Shown: positions 31,546 to 49,500, counted from the stretch's first letter. The stretch: DNA of 64,000 nucleotides from Eledone cirrhosa (GCA_964016885.1 OZ024743.1:372310001-372374000); one strand, 5' to 3'. Notes: generated from the sequence alone by a model not told the origin. Numbers and translations are program-made.

Positions 31546-34500
31546 GTAGTCACAACTACTGTAAGACCACTGTATCAACACCACAGTCATAACTAATGTA
31601 AGACCACTGTATCCACACCATAGTCACAACTACTGTAAGACCACTGTATCAACACAATATTTACAACTACTGTTAGACCAATGTATCAACACCACAGTCA
31701 CAACTACTGTAAGATCACTGTATCAACACCCCACTCACAACTACTGTAAGACCACTGTATCAACACCACAGTCACAACTACTGTAAGACCACTGTATCAA
31801 CACCATAGTCACAACTACTGTAAGACCACTGTATCAACAACACAGACGCAACTACTCTAAGACTACTATATCCACACCATAGTCACAACTACTGTAAGAC
31901 CACTGTATCAACACCATTGTCATAACTACCGTAAGACCACTGTATAAACACTATTGTCACAACTACTGTAAGAACACTGTATCAACACCATAGTCATAAC
32001 TACCGTAAGACCACCGTATCAACAGCATAGTCATAAGACCACTGTATCAACACCATAGTCACATCTACAGTAAGACCACTGTTTCAACACCATAGTCACA
32101 ACTATTGTAAGTCCACTGCTTCAACACCATAGTCACAACTACTCTAAGACCACTGTATGAACACCATAGTCATAACTACAGTAAGACCACTGTATCAACA
32201 CCATAGTCATAACTACTATAAGACCACTGTATCAACACCACAGTAATAACTACTGTAAGACCACTGTATCATCACCATAGTCATAACTACTGAAAGTCCT
32301 CTGTATCAACACCTTAGTCACAACTATTGTAAGACCGCTGTATCAACACCACAGCCACAACTACTGTAAGACCACTGTATAAAAACCACAGTCACAACTA
32401 TTGTAAGACCACTGTATCATCACCATAGACATAACTACTGTAAGACCACTGTATCAACACCATAATCACAATTACTGCAAGACCACTGTATCAAAACCAT
32501 AGTCACAACAAATGTAAGATCACTGTATCAACACCATAGTCACAACTACTGTAAAAACACTGTATCAACACCATAGTCATAACTACTGTAAGACCACTGT
32601 ATCAAAACCATAGTCACAACTACTGTAAGACCACTGTATCAACACCATAGTCACAAGTACTGTAAGACCACTGTATCAACACCATAGTAACAACTACTGT
32701 AAAGACCACTGTATCAACACCATAGTCATAACTACCGTAAGACCACTGTATCAACACCATAGTCATAACTACTGTAAGACCACTGTATCAACAGAACAGT
32801 CACAACTAATGTAAGACCACTGTATCAACACCATAGTCAAAACTAGTGTAAGATCACTGTATCAACACCATAGTCAAAACTAGTGTAAGATCACTGTATC
32901 AACACCATAGTCACAAATACTGTAAGACCACTATATCAACACCATAGTCACAACTACTGTAAGACCACTGTATCAACACCATAGTCACAACTACTGTACG
33001 TCCACTGTATCAACACCGTAGTCACATTACTGTAAGACCACTGTATCAACACCACAGTCGCAACTACTGTAAGTCCACTGTATCAACACCATAGTCACAA
33101 CTACTGTAAGACCACTGTATCACCACCATAATCACAACTACTGTAAGACCACTGTATCAACACCACGGTCACAACTTCTGTAAGACCACTGTATCAACAC
33201 CATAGTCATAACAACTGAAAGTCCTCTCTGTCAACACAATAGTCATAACTACTGTAAGACCACTGTTTCAACACCATAGTCATAACTACCGTAAGACCAC
33301 TGTATCAACACCATAGTCATAACTACTGTAAGACCACTGTATCAACAGAACAGTCACAACTACTGTAAGATCACTGTATCAACAGCATAGTAACAACTAC
33401 TGTAAGACAACTGTATCAACACCATAGTCATAACTACCGTAAGACCACTGTATCAACACCATAGTCATAACTACTGTAAGACCACTGTATCAACAGAACA
33501 GTCACAACTACTGTAATACCACTGTATCAACACCATAGTCACAACTACAGTAAGATCACTGTATCAACACCATAGTCACAACTACTGTAAGAACACTGTA
33601 TCAACCCCACAGTCACAACTACTGTAAGACCACTGTATCAACACCACAGTCATAACTACTGTAAGTCCACTGTATCAACACCATAGTCACAACGTCTGTA
33701 ATACCACTGTATCAACACCATAGTCACAACTACTGTAAGACCACTGTATCAACACCACACTCACAACTACTGTAAGACCACTGTATCAACACCACAGTCA
33801 CAACTACTGTAAGACCACTGTATCAAAACCATAGTCACAACTACTGTAAGCCCACTGTATCAACAACACAGTCACAACTACTGTAAGACCACTGTATCAA
33901 CACCATAGTCACAACTACTGTAAGACCACTGTATCAACCCCACAGTCACAACTACTGTAAGACCACTGTATCAACACCATAGTCACAACTACTGTAAGAC
34001 CACTGTATCAACACCACAGTCACAACTCCTGTAAGACCACTGTATCAACACCATAGTCACAACTACTGTAAGACCACTGTATCAACACCACAGTCACAAC
34101 TACTGTAAGGCCACTGTATGAATACCCTAGTCACAACTACTGTAAGACAACTGTATCAACACCACAGTCATAACTACTGTAAGACCACTGTATCAACACC
34201 ATAGTCACAACTACTCTAAGACCACTGCATCAACACCACAGTCATAAGTACTGTAAGACCACTGTATGAACACCATAGTCACAACTACTGTAAGTCCTCT
34301 GTATCAACACCATAGTCATAACTACTGTAAGACCACTGTATCAACACCATAGTCACAACAACTGTAAGAACACTGTATCAAGACCATAGTCACAACTACT
34401 GTAAGACCACTGTATCAACTCCATAGTCATAACTACTGTAAGACCACTGTATTAACACCATAGTCACAACTACTGTAAGACCACTGTATCAACACCACAG

Positions 34501-37500
34501 TCACAACTAATGTAAGACCATTGTATCAACATCATAGTCACAACTACTGTAAGACCAGGGTATCAACACCACAGTCATAACTACTGTAAGACCACTGTAT
34601 CAACACCACAGTCACAACAACTGCAAGCCCACTTCATCAACACCACAGTCACAACAACTGCAAGCCCACTGTATCAACACCATAGTCATAACTACTGTAA
34701 GACCACTGTATCAACACCATAGTCACAACTATTGTAAGACCACTGTATCAACACCATAGTCATAACTATCGTATGACCAGTGTATCAACACCATAGTCAT
34801 TAGACCACTGTATCAACACCATAGTCACAACTGCTGTAAAACCACTGTATCAACTCCATAGTCATAACTACTGTAAGACCACTGTATCAACACCATAGTC
34901 ACAACTATTGTAAGACCACTGTATCAAGACCACAGTCACAACTACAGTAAGACCACTTTATCCACACCATAGTCACAACTACTGTAAGACCACTGTATGA
35001 ACACCATAGTCACACCTACTCTAAGATCACTGTATCAACACCATAGTCACAACTACTGTAAGACCACTGTATCAACACCATAGTCACAACTACTGTAAGG
35101 CCACTGTATCCACAGAATAGTCACAACTACTGTAAGACCACTGTATCCACACCATAGTAACAACTACTGTAAGACCACTGTATCAACAACACAGTCACAA
35201 CTACTCTAAGACCACTGTATCAACACCCCAGTTACAACTACTGTAAGACCACTGTATCAACACCATAGTCATAACTACCGTAAGACCACTGTATCAACAC
35301 CATAGTCACAACTACTGTAAGACCACTGTATCAACACCATAGTCATAACTACCGTAAGACCACAGTATCAACACCATATTCATAACTACAGTAAGACCAC
35401 TGTATCAACACCATAGTCACAACTACTGTAAGACCACTGTATCAACAGCATAGTCATAAGACCACTGTATCAACACCATAGTCATAACTACAGTAAGACC
35501 ACTGTATCAACACCATAGTCACAACTACTGTAAGACCACAGTATCAACACCATAGTTACAACTACTGTAAGACCACTGTATCAACACTACAGTCATAACT
35601 ACTCTAAGACCACTGTATCAAAACCATAGACACAACTATTGTAAGACCACTGTATCAACACCACAGTCACAACTACAGTAAGACCACTGTATCAACACCA
35701 TAGTCACAACTACTGTAAGACCACAGTATCAACACCATAGTCACAACTACTGTAAGACCACTGCATCAACAACACAGTCACAACTACTCTAAGACCACTG
35801 TATCAACACCACAGTTACAACTACTGTAAGACCACTGTATCAACACCACAGTCACAACTATTGTAAGACCACTGTATCAACACCATTGTCACAACTACTG
35901 TAAGACCACTGTATGAACACCATAGTCATAACTACTGAAAGTCCTCTGTATCAACACCATAGTCACAACTACTGTAAGACCATTGTATCAACACCACAGC
36001 CACAACTACTGTAAGTCCACTGTATCAACACCACAGTCACAACTATTGTAAGACCACTGTATCATCACCATAGTCACAACTACTGTAAGACAACTGTATC
36101 AAGACCATAGTCACAACTACTGTAAGATCACTGAATCAACACCATAGTCACAACTGCTGTAAAACCACTGTATCTACACCATAGTCATAACTACTGTAAG
36201 ACCACTGTATCAACACCATAGTCACAACTATTGTAAGACCACTGTATCAAGACCACAGTCACAACTAGAGTAAGACCACTTCATCCACACCATAGTCACA
36301 ACTACTGTAAGACCACTGTATCAACACCATAGTCACAACTACTGTAAGGCCACTGTATCCACAGAATAGTCACAACTACTGTAAGACCACTGTATCCACA
36401 CCATAGTTACAACTACTGTAAGACCACTGTATCAACACCACAGTCACAACTACTGTAAGACCACTGTATCAACACCACACTCACAACTACTGTTGGACCA
36501 CTGTATCGACACCACAGTCACAACTACTGTAAGACCACTGTATCAACACCATAGACACAACTACTGTAAGACCACTGTATCAACAACACAGTCACAACTA
36601 CTCTAAGACCACTGTATCAACACCCCAGTTACAACTGCTGTAACACCACTGTATCAACACCATAGTCATAACTACCGTAAGACCACTGTATCAACACCAT
36701 AGTCACAACTACTGTAAGGCCACTGTATCAACACCATAGTCATAACTACCGTAAGACCACTGTATCAACAGCATAGTCATAAGACCACTGTATCAACACC
36801 ATAGTCATAACTACAGTAAGACCACTGTATCAACACCATAGTCACAACTACTGTAAGACCACTGTATCAACACCATAGTCACAACTACTGTAAGACCACA
36901 GTATCAACACCATAGTCACAACTACTGTAAGACCACTGTATCAACACTACAGTCATAACTACTCTAAGACCACTGTATCAAAACCATAGACACAACTATT
37001 GTAAGACCACTGTATCAACACCACAGTCACAACTACAGTAAGACCACTGTATCAACACCATAGTCACAACTACTGTAAGACCACAGTATCAACACTATAG
37101 TCACAACTACTGTAAGACCACTGCATCAACAACACAGTCACAACTACTCTAAGACCACTGTATCAACACCACAGTTACAACTACTGTAAGACCACTGTAT
37201 CAACACCAGAGTCACAACTATTGTAAGACCACTGTATCAACACCATAGTCACAACTACTGTAAGACCACTGTATGAACACCATAGTCATAACTACTGAAA
37301 GTCCTCTGTATCAACACCATAGTCACAACTACTGTAAGACCATTGTATCAACACCACAGCCACAACTACTGTAAGTCCACTGTATCAACACCACAGTCAC
37401 AACTATTGTAAGACGACTGTATCATCACCATAGTCACAACTACTGTAAGACAACTGTATCAACACCATAGTCACAACTACTGTAAGATCACTGAATCAAC

Positions 37501-40500
37501 ACCATAGTCACAACTACTGTAAGACTACTGAATCAACACCACAGTCACAACTACTGTAAGACCACCGTATCAACACCATAGTCATAATTACTGTAAGACC
37601 ACTGTATCAACACCATAGTCATAACTACTGAAAGTCCTCTCTATCAACACCATAGGTACAACTACTGTAAGACCACCGTATCAACACCATAGTCACAACT
37701 ACTGTAAGACCACTGTATCAACACCACAGTTATAACTACTGTAAGACCACCGTATCAACACCATAGTCACAACTACTGTAAGACCACTGTATCAACACCA
37801 CAGTCACAAATATTGTAAGACCACTGTATCAACTCAACAGTCACAACTAGAGTAAGACCAGTTTATCAACACCATAGTCACAACTACTGTAAGACCACTG
37901 TATCAACACCACAGTCACAACTATTGTAAGACCACTGTATCAACACCATTGTCACAACTACTGTAAGACCACTGTATGAACACCATAGTCATAACTACTG
38001 AAAGTCCTCTGTATCAACACCATAGTCACAACTACTGTAAGACCATTGTATCAACACCACAGCCACAACTACTGTAAGTCCACTGTATCAACACCACAGT
38101 CACAACTATTGTAAGACCACTGTATCATCACCATAGTCACAACTACTGTAAGACAACTGTATCAAGACCATAGTCACAACTACTGTAAGATCACTGAATC
38201 AACACCATAGTCACAACTGCTGTAAAACCACTGTATCTACACCATAGTCATAACTACTGTAAGACCACTGTATCAACACCATAGTCACAACTATTGTAAG
38301 ACCACTGTATCAAGACCACAGTCACAACTACAGTAAGACCACTTCATCCACACCATAGTCACAACTACTGTAAGACCACTGTATCAACACCATAGTCACA
38401 ACTACTGTAAGGCCACTGTATCCACAGAATAGTCACAACTACTGTAAGACCACTATATCCACACCATAGTTACAACTACTGTAAGACCACTGTATCAACA
38501 CCACAGTCACAACTACTGTAAGACCACTGTATCAACACCACACTCACAACTACTGTTGGACCACTGTATCGACACCACAGTCACAACTACTGTAAGACCA
38601 CTGTATCAACACCATAGACACAACTACTGTAAGACCACTGTATCAACAACACAGTCACAACTACTCTAAGACCACTGTATCAACACCCCAGTTACAACTG
38701 CTGTAACACCACTGTATCAACACCATAGTCATAACTACCGTAAGACCACTGTATCAACACCATAGTCACAACTACTGTAAGACCACTGTATCAACACCAT
38801 AGTCATAACTACCGTAAGACCACTGTATCAACAGCATAGTCAGAAGACCACTGTATCAACACCATAGTCATAACTACAGTAAGACCACTGTATCAACACC
38901 ATAGTCACAACTACTGTAAGACCACTGTATCAACACCATAGTCACAACTACTGTAAGACCACAGTATCAACACCATAGTCACAACTACTGTAAGACCACT
39001 GTATCAACACTACAGTCATAACTACTCTAAGACCACTGTATCAAAACCATAGACACAACTATTGTAAGACCACTGTATCAACACCACAGTCACAACTACA
39101 GTAAGACCACTGTATCAACACCATAGTCACAACTACTGTAAGACCACAGTATCAACACTATAATCACAACTACTGTAAGACCACTGCATCAACAACACAG
39201 TCACAACTACTCTAAGACCACTGTATCAACACCACAGTTACAACTACTGTAAGACCACTGTATCAACACCACAGTCACAACTATTGTAAGACCACTGTAT
39301 CAACACCATAGTCACAACTACTGTAAGACCACTGTATGAACACCATAGTCATAACTACTGAAAGTCCTCTGTATCAACACCATAGTCACAACTACTGTAA
39401 GACCATTGTATCAACACCACAGCCACAACTACTGTAAGTCCACTGTATCAACACCACAGTCACAACTATTGTAAGACCACTGTATCATCACCATAGTCAC
39501 AACTACTGTAAGACAACTGTATCAACACCATAGTCACAACTACTGTAAGATCACTGAATCAACACCATAGTCACAACTACTGTAAGACTACTGAATCAAC
39601 ACCACAGTCACAACTACTGTAAGACCACCGTATCAACACCATAGTCATAATTACTGTAAGACCACTGTATCAACACCATAGTCATAACTACTGAAAGTCC
39701 TCTCTATCAACACCATAGGTACAACTACTGTAAGACCACCGTATCAACACCATAGTCACAACTACTGTAAGACCACTGTATCAACACCACAGTCATAACT
39801 ACTGTAAGGCCACCGTATCAACACCATAGTCACAACTACTGTAAGACCACTGTATCAACACCACAGTCACAAATATTGTAAGACCACTGTATCAACTCAA
39901 CAGTCACAACTAGAGTAAGACCAGTTTATCAACACCATAGTCACAACTACTGTAAGACCACTGTATCAACACCATAGTCACAACTACTGTAAGACCACTG
40001 TATCAACACCATAGTCACAACTACTGTAAGACCACTGTATCAACACCATAGTCACAACTATTGTAAGACCACTGTATCAACTCAACAGTCACAACTAGAG
40101 TAAGACCACTTTATAAACACCATAGTCACAACTACTGTAAGACCACTGTATCAACACCATAGTCACAACTGCTGTAAGACCATTGTATCAACACCATAGT
40201 CACAACTACTGTAAGACCACTGTATCAACACCATAGTCACAACTACTGTAAGACCACTGTATCAACACCATAGTCACAACTACTGTAAGACCACTGTATC
40301 AACACCATAGTCACAACTACTGTAAGACCACTGTATCAACACCATAGTCACAACTACTGTAAGACCACTGTATCAACACCACAGCCACAACTACTGTAAG
40401 ACCACTGTATCAACACCATAGTCACAACTACCGTAAGATCACTGTATCAAGACCATAGTCACAACTACTGTAAGACCACTGTATCAACACCATAGTCACA

Positions 40501-43500
40501 ACTACTGTAAGACCACAGTATCAACACCATAGTCACAACTACTGTAAGACCACTGTATCAACACTACAGTCATAACTACTCTAAGACCACTGTATCAAAA
40601 CCATAGACACAACTATTGTAAGACCACTGTATCAACACCACAGTCACAACTACAGTAAGACCACTGTATCAACACCATAGTCACAACTACTGTAAGACCA
40701 CAGTATCAACACCATAGTCACAACTACTGTAAGACCACTGCATCAACAACACAGTCACAACTACTCTAAGACCACTGTATCAACACCACAGTTACAACTA
40801 CTGTAAGACCACTGTATCAACACCACAGTCACAACTATTGTAAGACCACTGTATCAACACCATAGTCACAACTACTGTAAGACCAATGTATGAACACCAT
40901 AGTCATAACTACTGAAAGTCCTCTGTATCAACACCATAGTCACAACTACTGTAAGACCATTGTATCAACACCACAGCCACAACTACTGTAAGTCCACTGT
41001 ATCAACACCACAGTCACAACTATTGTAAGACCACTGTATCATCACCATAGTCACAACTACTGTAAGACAACTGTATCAACACCATAGTCACAACTACTGT
41101 AAGATCACTGAATCAACACCATTGTCACAACTGCTGTAAAACCACTGTATCTACACCATAGTCATAACTACTGTAAGACCACTGTATCAACACCATAGTC
41201 ACAACTATTGTAAGACCACTGTATCAAGACCACAGTCACAACTACAGTAAGACCACTTTATCCACACCATAGTCACAACTACTGTAAGACCACTGTATGA
41301 ACACCATAGTCACACCTACTCTAAGATCACTGTATCAACACCATAGTCACAACTACTGTAAGACCACTGTATCAACACCATAGTCACAACTACTGTAAGG
41401 CCACTGTATCCACAGAATAGTCACAACTACTGTAAGACCACTGTATCCACACCATAGTTACAACTACTGTAAGACCACTGTATCAACACCACAGTCACAA
41501 CTACTGTAAGACCACTGTATCAACACCCCACTCACAACTACTGTTGGACCACTGTATCAACACCACAGTCACAACTACTGTAAGACCACTGTATCAACAC
41601 CATAGACACAACTACTGTAAGACCACTGTATCAACAACACATTCACAACTACTCTAAGACCACTGTATCAACATCCCAGTTACAACTACTGTAAGACCAC
41701 AGTATCAACACCTTAGTCACAACTACTGTACGACCACTGTATCAACACCATAGTCACAACTACTGTAAGACCACAGTATCAACGCCATAGTCACAACTAC
41801 TGTAAGACCACTGTATCAACAATACAGTCATAACTACTCTAAGACCACTGTATCAACACCATAGTCACAACTACTGTAAGGCCACTGTATCAACACCATA
41901 GTCATAACTACCGTAAGACCACTGTATCAACAGCATAGTCATAAGACCACTGTATCAACACCATAGTCATAACTACAGTAAGACCACTGTATCAACACCA
42001 TAGTCACAACTACTGTAAGACCACTGTATCAACACCATAGTCACAACTACTGTAAGACCACAGTATCAACACCATAGTCACAACTACTGTAAGACCACTG
42101 TATCAACACTACAGTCATAACTACTCTAAGACCACTGTATCAAAACCATAGACACAACTATTGTAAGACCACTGTATCAACACCACAGTCACAACTACAG
42201 TAAGACCACTGTATCAACACCATAGTCACAACTACTGTAAGACCACAGTATCAACACTATAGTCACAACTACTGTAAGACCACTGCATCAACAACACAGT
42301 CACAACTACTCTAAGACCACTGTATCAACACCACAGTTACAACTACTGTAAGACCACTGTATCAACACCAGAGTCACAACTATTGTAAGACCACTGTATC
42401 AACACCATAGTCACAACTACTGTAAGACCACTGTATGAACACCATAGTCATAACTACTGAAAGTCCTCTGTATCAACACCATAGTCACAACTACTGTAAG
42501 ACCATTGTATCAACACCACAGCCACAACTACTGTAAGTCCACTGTATCAACACCACAGTCACAACTATTGTAAGACCACTGTATCATCACCATAGTCACA
42601 ACTACTGTAAGACAACTGTATCAACACCATAGTCACAACTACTGTAAGATCACTGAATCAACACCATAGTCACAACTACTGTAAGACTACTGAATCAACA
42701 CCACAGTCACAACTACTGTAAGACCACCGTATCAACACCATAGTCATAATTACTGTAAGACCACTGTATCAACACCATAGTCATAACTACTGAAAGTCCT
42801 CTCTATCAACACCATAGGTACAACTACTGTAAGACCACCGTATCAACACCATAGTCACAACTACTGTAAGACCACTGTATCAACACCACAGTTATAACTA
42901 CTGTAAGACCACCGTATCAACACCATAGTCACAACTACTGTAAGACCACTGTATCAACACCACAGTCACAAATATTGTAAGACCACTGTATCAACTCAAC
43001 AGTCACAACTAGAGTAAGACCACTTTATCAACACCATAGTCACAACTACTGTAAGACCACTGTATCAACACCATAGTCACAACTACTGTAAGACCATTGT
43101 ATCAACACCACAGTCACAACTACTGTAAGACCACTGTATCAACACCACAGTCACAACTACTGTAAGACCACTGTATCAACACCACAGCCACAACTACTGT
43201 AAGACCACTGTATCAACACCACAGCCACAACTACTGTAAGATCACTGTATCAACACCATAGTCACAACTACTGTAAGACCACTGTATCAACACCATAGTC
43301 ACAACTACTGTAAGACCACTGTATCAACACCATAGTCACAACTACTGTAAAACCACTGTATCAACACCACAGTCATAACTAATGTAAGACCACTGTATCA
43401 ACACCATAGTCACAACTACTGTAAGACCACTGTATCAACACCATAGTCACAACTACAATAAGACCACTGTATCAACACCGTAGTCACAACTACTGTAAGA

Positions 43501-46500
43501 CCACTGTATCAACACCACAGTCATAACTAATGTAAGACCACTGTATCCACACCATAGTCACAACTACTGTAAGACCACTGTATCAACACAATATTTACAA
43601 CTACTGTTAGACCAATGTATCAACACCACAGTCACAACTACTGTAAGATCACTGTATCAACACCCCACTCACAACTACTGTAAGACCACTGTATCAACAC
43701 CACAGTCACAACTACTGTAAGACCACTGTATCAACACCATAGTCACAACTACTGTAAGACCACTGTATCAACAACACAGACGCAACTACTCTAAGACCAC
43801 TATATCCACACCATAGTCACAACTACTGTAAGACCACTGTATCAACACCATTGTCATAACTACCGTAAGACCACTGTATAAACACTATTGTCACAACTAC
43901 TGTAAGAACACTGTATCAACACCATAGTCATAACTACCGTAAGACCACCGTATCAACAGCATAGTCATAAGACCACTGTATCAACACCATAGTCACATCT
44001 ACAGTAAGACCACTGTTTCAACACCATAGTCACAACTATTGTAAGTCCACTGCTTCAACACCATAGTCACAACTACTCTAAGACCACTGTATGAACACCA
44101 TAGTCATAACTACAGTAAGACCACTGTATCAACACCATAGTCATAACTACTATAAGACCACTGTATCAACACCACAGTAATAACTACTGTAAGACCACTG
44201 TATCATCACCATAGTCATAACTACTGAAAGTCCTCTGTATCAACACCTTAGTCACAACTATTGTAAGACCGCTGTATCAACACCACAGCCACAACTACTG
44301 TAAGACCACTGTATAAAAACCACAGTCACAACTATTGTAAGACCACTGTATCATCACCATAGACATAACTACTGTAAGACCACTGTATCAACACCATAAT
44401 CACAATTACTGCAAGACCACTGTATCAAAACCATAGTCACAACAAATGTAAGATCACTGTATCAACACCATAGTCACAACTACTGTAAAAACACTGTATC
44501 AACACCATAGTCATAACTACTGTAAGACCACTGTATCAAAACCATAGTCACAACTACTGTAAGACCACTGTATCAACACCATAGTCACAAGTACTGTAAG
44601 ACCACTGTATCAACACCATAGTAACAACTACTGTAAAGACCACTGTATCAACACCATAGTCATAACTACCGTAAGACCACTGTATCAACACCATAGTCAT
44701 AACTACTGTAAGACCACTGTATCAACAGAACAGTCACAACTAATGTAAGACCACTGTATCAACACCATAGTCAAAACTAGTGTAAGATCACTGTATCAAC
44801 ACCATAGTCAAAACTAGTGTAAGATCACTGTATCAACACCATAGTCACAAATACTGTAAGACCACTATATCAACACCATAGTCACAACTACTGTAAGACC
44901 ACTGTATCAACACCATAGTCACAACTACTGTACGTCCACTGTATCAACACCGTAGTCACATTACTGTAAGACCACTGTATCAACACCACAGTCGCAACTA
45001 CTGTAAGTCCACTGTATCAACACCATAGTCACAACTACTGTAAGACCACTGTATCACCACCATAATCACAACTACTGTAAGACCACTGTATCAACACCAC
45101 GGTCACAACTTCTGTAAGACCACTGTATCAACACCATAGTCATAACAACTGAAAGTCCTCTCTGTCAACACAATAGTCATAACTACTGTAAGACCACTGT
45201 TTCAACACCATAGTCATAACTACCGTAAGACCACTGTATCAACACCATAGTCATAACTACTGTAAGACCACTGTATCAACAGAACAGTCACAACTACTGT
45301 AAGATCACTGTATCAACAGCATAGTAACAACTACTGTAAGACAACTGTATCAACACCATAGTCATAACTACCGTAAGACCACTGTATCAACACCATAGTC
45401 ATAACTACTGTAAGACCACTGTATCAACAGAACAGTCACAACTACTGTAATACCACTGTATCAACACCATAGTCACAACTACAGTAAGATCACTGTATCA
45501 ACACCATAGTCACAACTACTGTAAGAACACTGTATCAACCCCACAGTCACAACTACTGTAAGACCACTGTATCAACACCACAGTCATAACTACTGTAAGT
45601 CCACTGTATCAACACCATAGTCACAACGTCTGTAATACCACTGTATCAACACCATAGTCACAACTACTGTAAGACCACTGTATCAACACCACACTCACAA
45701 CTACTGTAAGACCACTGTATCAACACCACAGTCACAACTACTGTAAGACCACTGTATCAAAACCATAGTCACAACTACTGTAAGCCCACTGTATCAACAA
45801 CACAGTCACAACTACTGTAAGACCACTGTATCAACACCATAGTCACAACTACTGTAAGACCACTGTATCAACCCCACAGTCACAACTACTGTAAGACCAC
45901 TGTATCAACACCATAGTCACAACTACTGTAAGACCACTGTATCAACACCACAGTCACAACTCCTGTAAGACCACTGTATCAACACCATAGTCACAACTAC
46001 TGTAAGACCACTGTATCAACACCACAGTCACAACTACTGTAAGGCCACTGTATGAATACCCTAGTCACAACTACTGTAAGACAACTGTATCAACACCACA
46101 GTCATAACTACTGTAAGACCACTGTATCAACACCATAGTCACAACTACTCTAAGACCACTGCATCAACACCACAGTCATAAGTACTGTAAGACCACTGTA
46201 TGAACACCATAGTCACAACTACTGTAAGTCCTCTGTATCAACACCATAGTCATAACTACTGTAAGACCACTGTATCAACACCATAGTCACAACAACTGTA
46301 AGAACACTGTATCAAGACCATAGTCACAACTACTGTAAGACCACTGTATCAACTCCATAGTCATAACTACTGTAAGACCACTGTATTAACACCATAGTCA
46401 CAACTACTGTAAGACCACTGTATCAACACCACAGTCACAACTAATGTAAGACCATTGTATCAACATCATAGTCACAACTACTGTAAGACCAGGGTATCAA

Positions 46501-49500
46501 CACCACAGTCATAACTACTGTAAGACCACTGTATCAACACCACAGTCACAACAACTGCAAGCCCACTTCATCAACACCACAGTCACAACAACTGCAAGCC
46601 CACTGTATCAACACCATAGTCATAACTACTGTAAGACCACTGTATCAACACCATAGTCACAACTATTGTAAGACCACTGTATCAACACCATAGTCATAAC
46701 TATCGTATGACCAGTGTATCAACACCATAGTCATTAGACCACTGTATCAACACCATAGTCACAACTGCTGTAAAACCACTGTATCAACTCCATAGTCATA
46801 ACTACTGTAAGACCACTGTATCAACACCATAGTCACAACTATTGTAAGACCACTGTATCAAGACCACAGTCACAACTACAGTAAGACCACTTTATCCACA
46901 CCATAGTCACAACTACTGTAAGACCACTGTATGAACACCATAGTCACACCTACTCTAAGATCACTGTATCAACACCATAGTCACAACTACTGTAAGACCA
47001 CTGTATCAACACCATAGTCACAACTACTGTAAGGCCACTGTATCCACAGAATAGTCACAACTACTGTAAGACCACTGTATCCACACCATAGTAACAACTA
47101 CTGTAAGACCACTGTATCAACAACACAGTCACAACTACTCTAAGACCACTGTATCAACACCCCAGTTACAACTACTGTAAGACCACTGTATCAACACCAT
47201 AGTCATAACTACCGTAAGACCACTGTATCAACACCATAGTCACAACTACTGTAAGACCACTGTATCAACACCATAGTCATAACTACCGTAAGACCACAGT
47301 ATCAACACCATATTCATAACTACAGTAAGACCACTGTATCAACACCATAGTCACAACTACTGTAAGACCACTGTATCAACAGCATAGTCATAAGACCACT
47401 GTATCAACACCATAGTCATAACTACAGTAAGACCACTGTATCAACACCATAGTCACAACTACTGTAAGACCACAGTATCAACACCATAGTTACAACTACT
47501 GTAAGACCACTGTATCAACACTACAGTCATAACTACTCTAAGACCACTGTATCAAAACCATAGACACAACTATTGTAAGACCACTGTATCAACACCACAG
47601 TCACAACTACAGTAAGACCACTGTATCAACACCATAGTCACAACTACTGTAAGACCACAGTATCAACACCATAGTCACAACTACTGTAAGACCACTGCAT
47701 CAACAACACAGTCACAACTACTCTAAGACCACTGTATCAACACCACAGTTACAACTACTGTAAGACCACTGTATCAACACCACAGTCACAACTATTGTAA
47801 GACCACTGTATCAACACCATTGTCACAACTACTGTAAGACCACTGTATGAACACCATAGTCATAACTACTGAAAGTCCTCTGTATCAACACCATAGTCAC
47901 AACTACTGTAAGACCATTGTATCAACACCACAGCCACAACTACTGTAAGTCCACTGTATCAACACCACAGTCACAACTATTGTAAGACCACTGTATCATC
48001 ACCATAGTCACAACTACTGTAAGACAACTGTATCAAGACCATAGTCACAACTACTGTAAGATCACTGAATCAACACCATAGTCACAACTGCTGTAAAACC
48101 ACTGTATCTACACCATAGTCATAACTACTGTAAGACCACTGTATCAACACCATAGTCACAACTATTGTAAGACCACTGTATCAAGACCACAGTCACAACT
48201 AGAGTAAGACCACTTCATCCACACCATAGTCACAACTACTGTAAGACCACTGTATCAACACCATAGTCACAACTACTGTAAGGCCACTGTATCCACAGAA
48301 TAGTCACAACTACTGTAAGACCACTGTATCCACACCATAGTTACAACTACTGTAAGACCACTGTATCAACACCACAGTCACAACTACTGTAAGACCACTG
48401 TATCAACACCACACTCACAACTACTGTTGGACCACTGTATCGACACCACAGTCACAACTACTGTAAGACCACTGTATCAACACCATAGACACAACTACTG
48501 TAAGACCACTGTATCAACAACACAGTCACAACTACTCTAAGACCACTGTATCAACACCCCAGTTACAACTGCTGTAACACCACTGTATCAACACCATAGT
48601 CATAACTACCGTAAGACCACTGTATCAACACCATAGTCACAACTACTGTAAGGCCACTGTATCAACACCATAGTCATAACTACCGTAAGACCACTGTATC
48701 AACAGCATAGTCATAAGACCACTGTATCAACACCATAGTCATAACTACAGTAAGACCACTGTATCAACACCATAGTCACAACTACTGTAAGACCACTGTA
48801 TCAACACCATAGTCACAACTACTGTAAGACCACAGTATCAACACCATAGTCACAACTACTGTAAGACCACTGTATCAACACTACAGTCATAACTACTCTA
48901 AGACCACTGTATCAAAACCATAGACACAACTATTGTAAGACCACTGTATCAACACCACAGTCACAACTACAGTAAGACCACTGTATCAACACCATAGTCA
49001 CAACTACTGTAAGACCACAGTATCAACACTATAGTCACAACTACTGTAAGACCACTGCATCAACAACACAGTCACAACTACTCTAAGACCACTGTATCAA
49101 CACCACAGTTACAACTACTGTAAGACCACTGTATCAACACCAGAGTCACAACTATTGTAAGACCACTGTATCAACACCATAGTCACAACTACTGTAAGAC
49201 CACTGTATGAACACCATAGTCATAACTACTGAAAGTCCTCTGTATCAACACCATAGTCACAACTACTGTAAGACCATTGTATCAACACCACAGCCACAAC
49301 TACTGTAAGTCCACTGTATCAACACCACAGTCACAACTATTGTAAGACCACTGTATCATCACCATAGTCACAACTACTGTAAGACAACTGTATCAACACC
49401 ATAGTCACAACTACTGTAAGATCACTGAATCAACACCATAGTCACAACTACTGTAAGACTACTGAATCAACACCACAGTCACAACTACTGTAAGACCACC

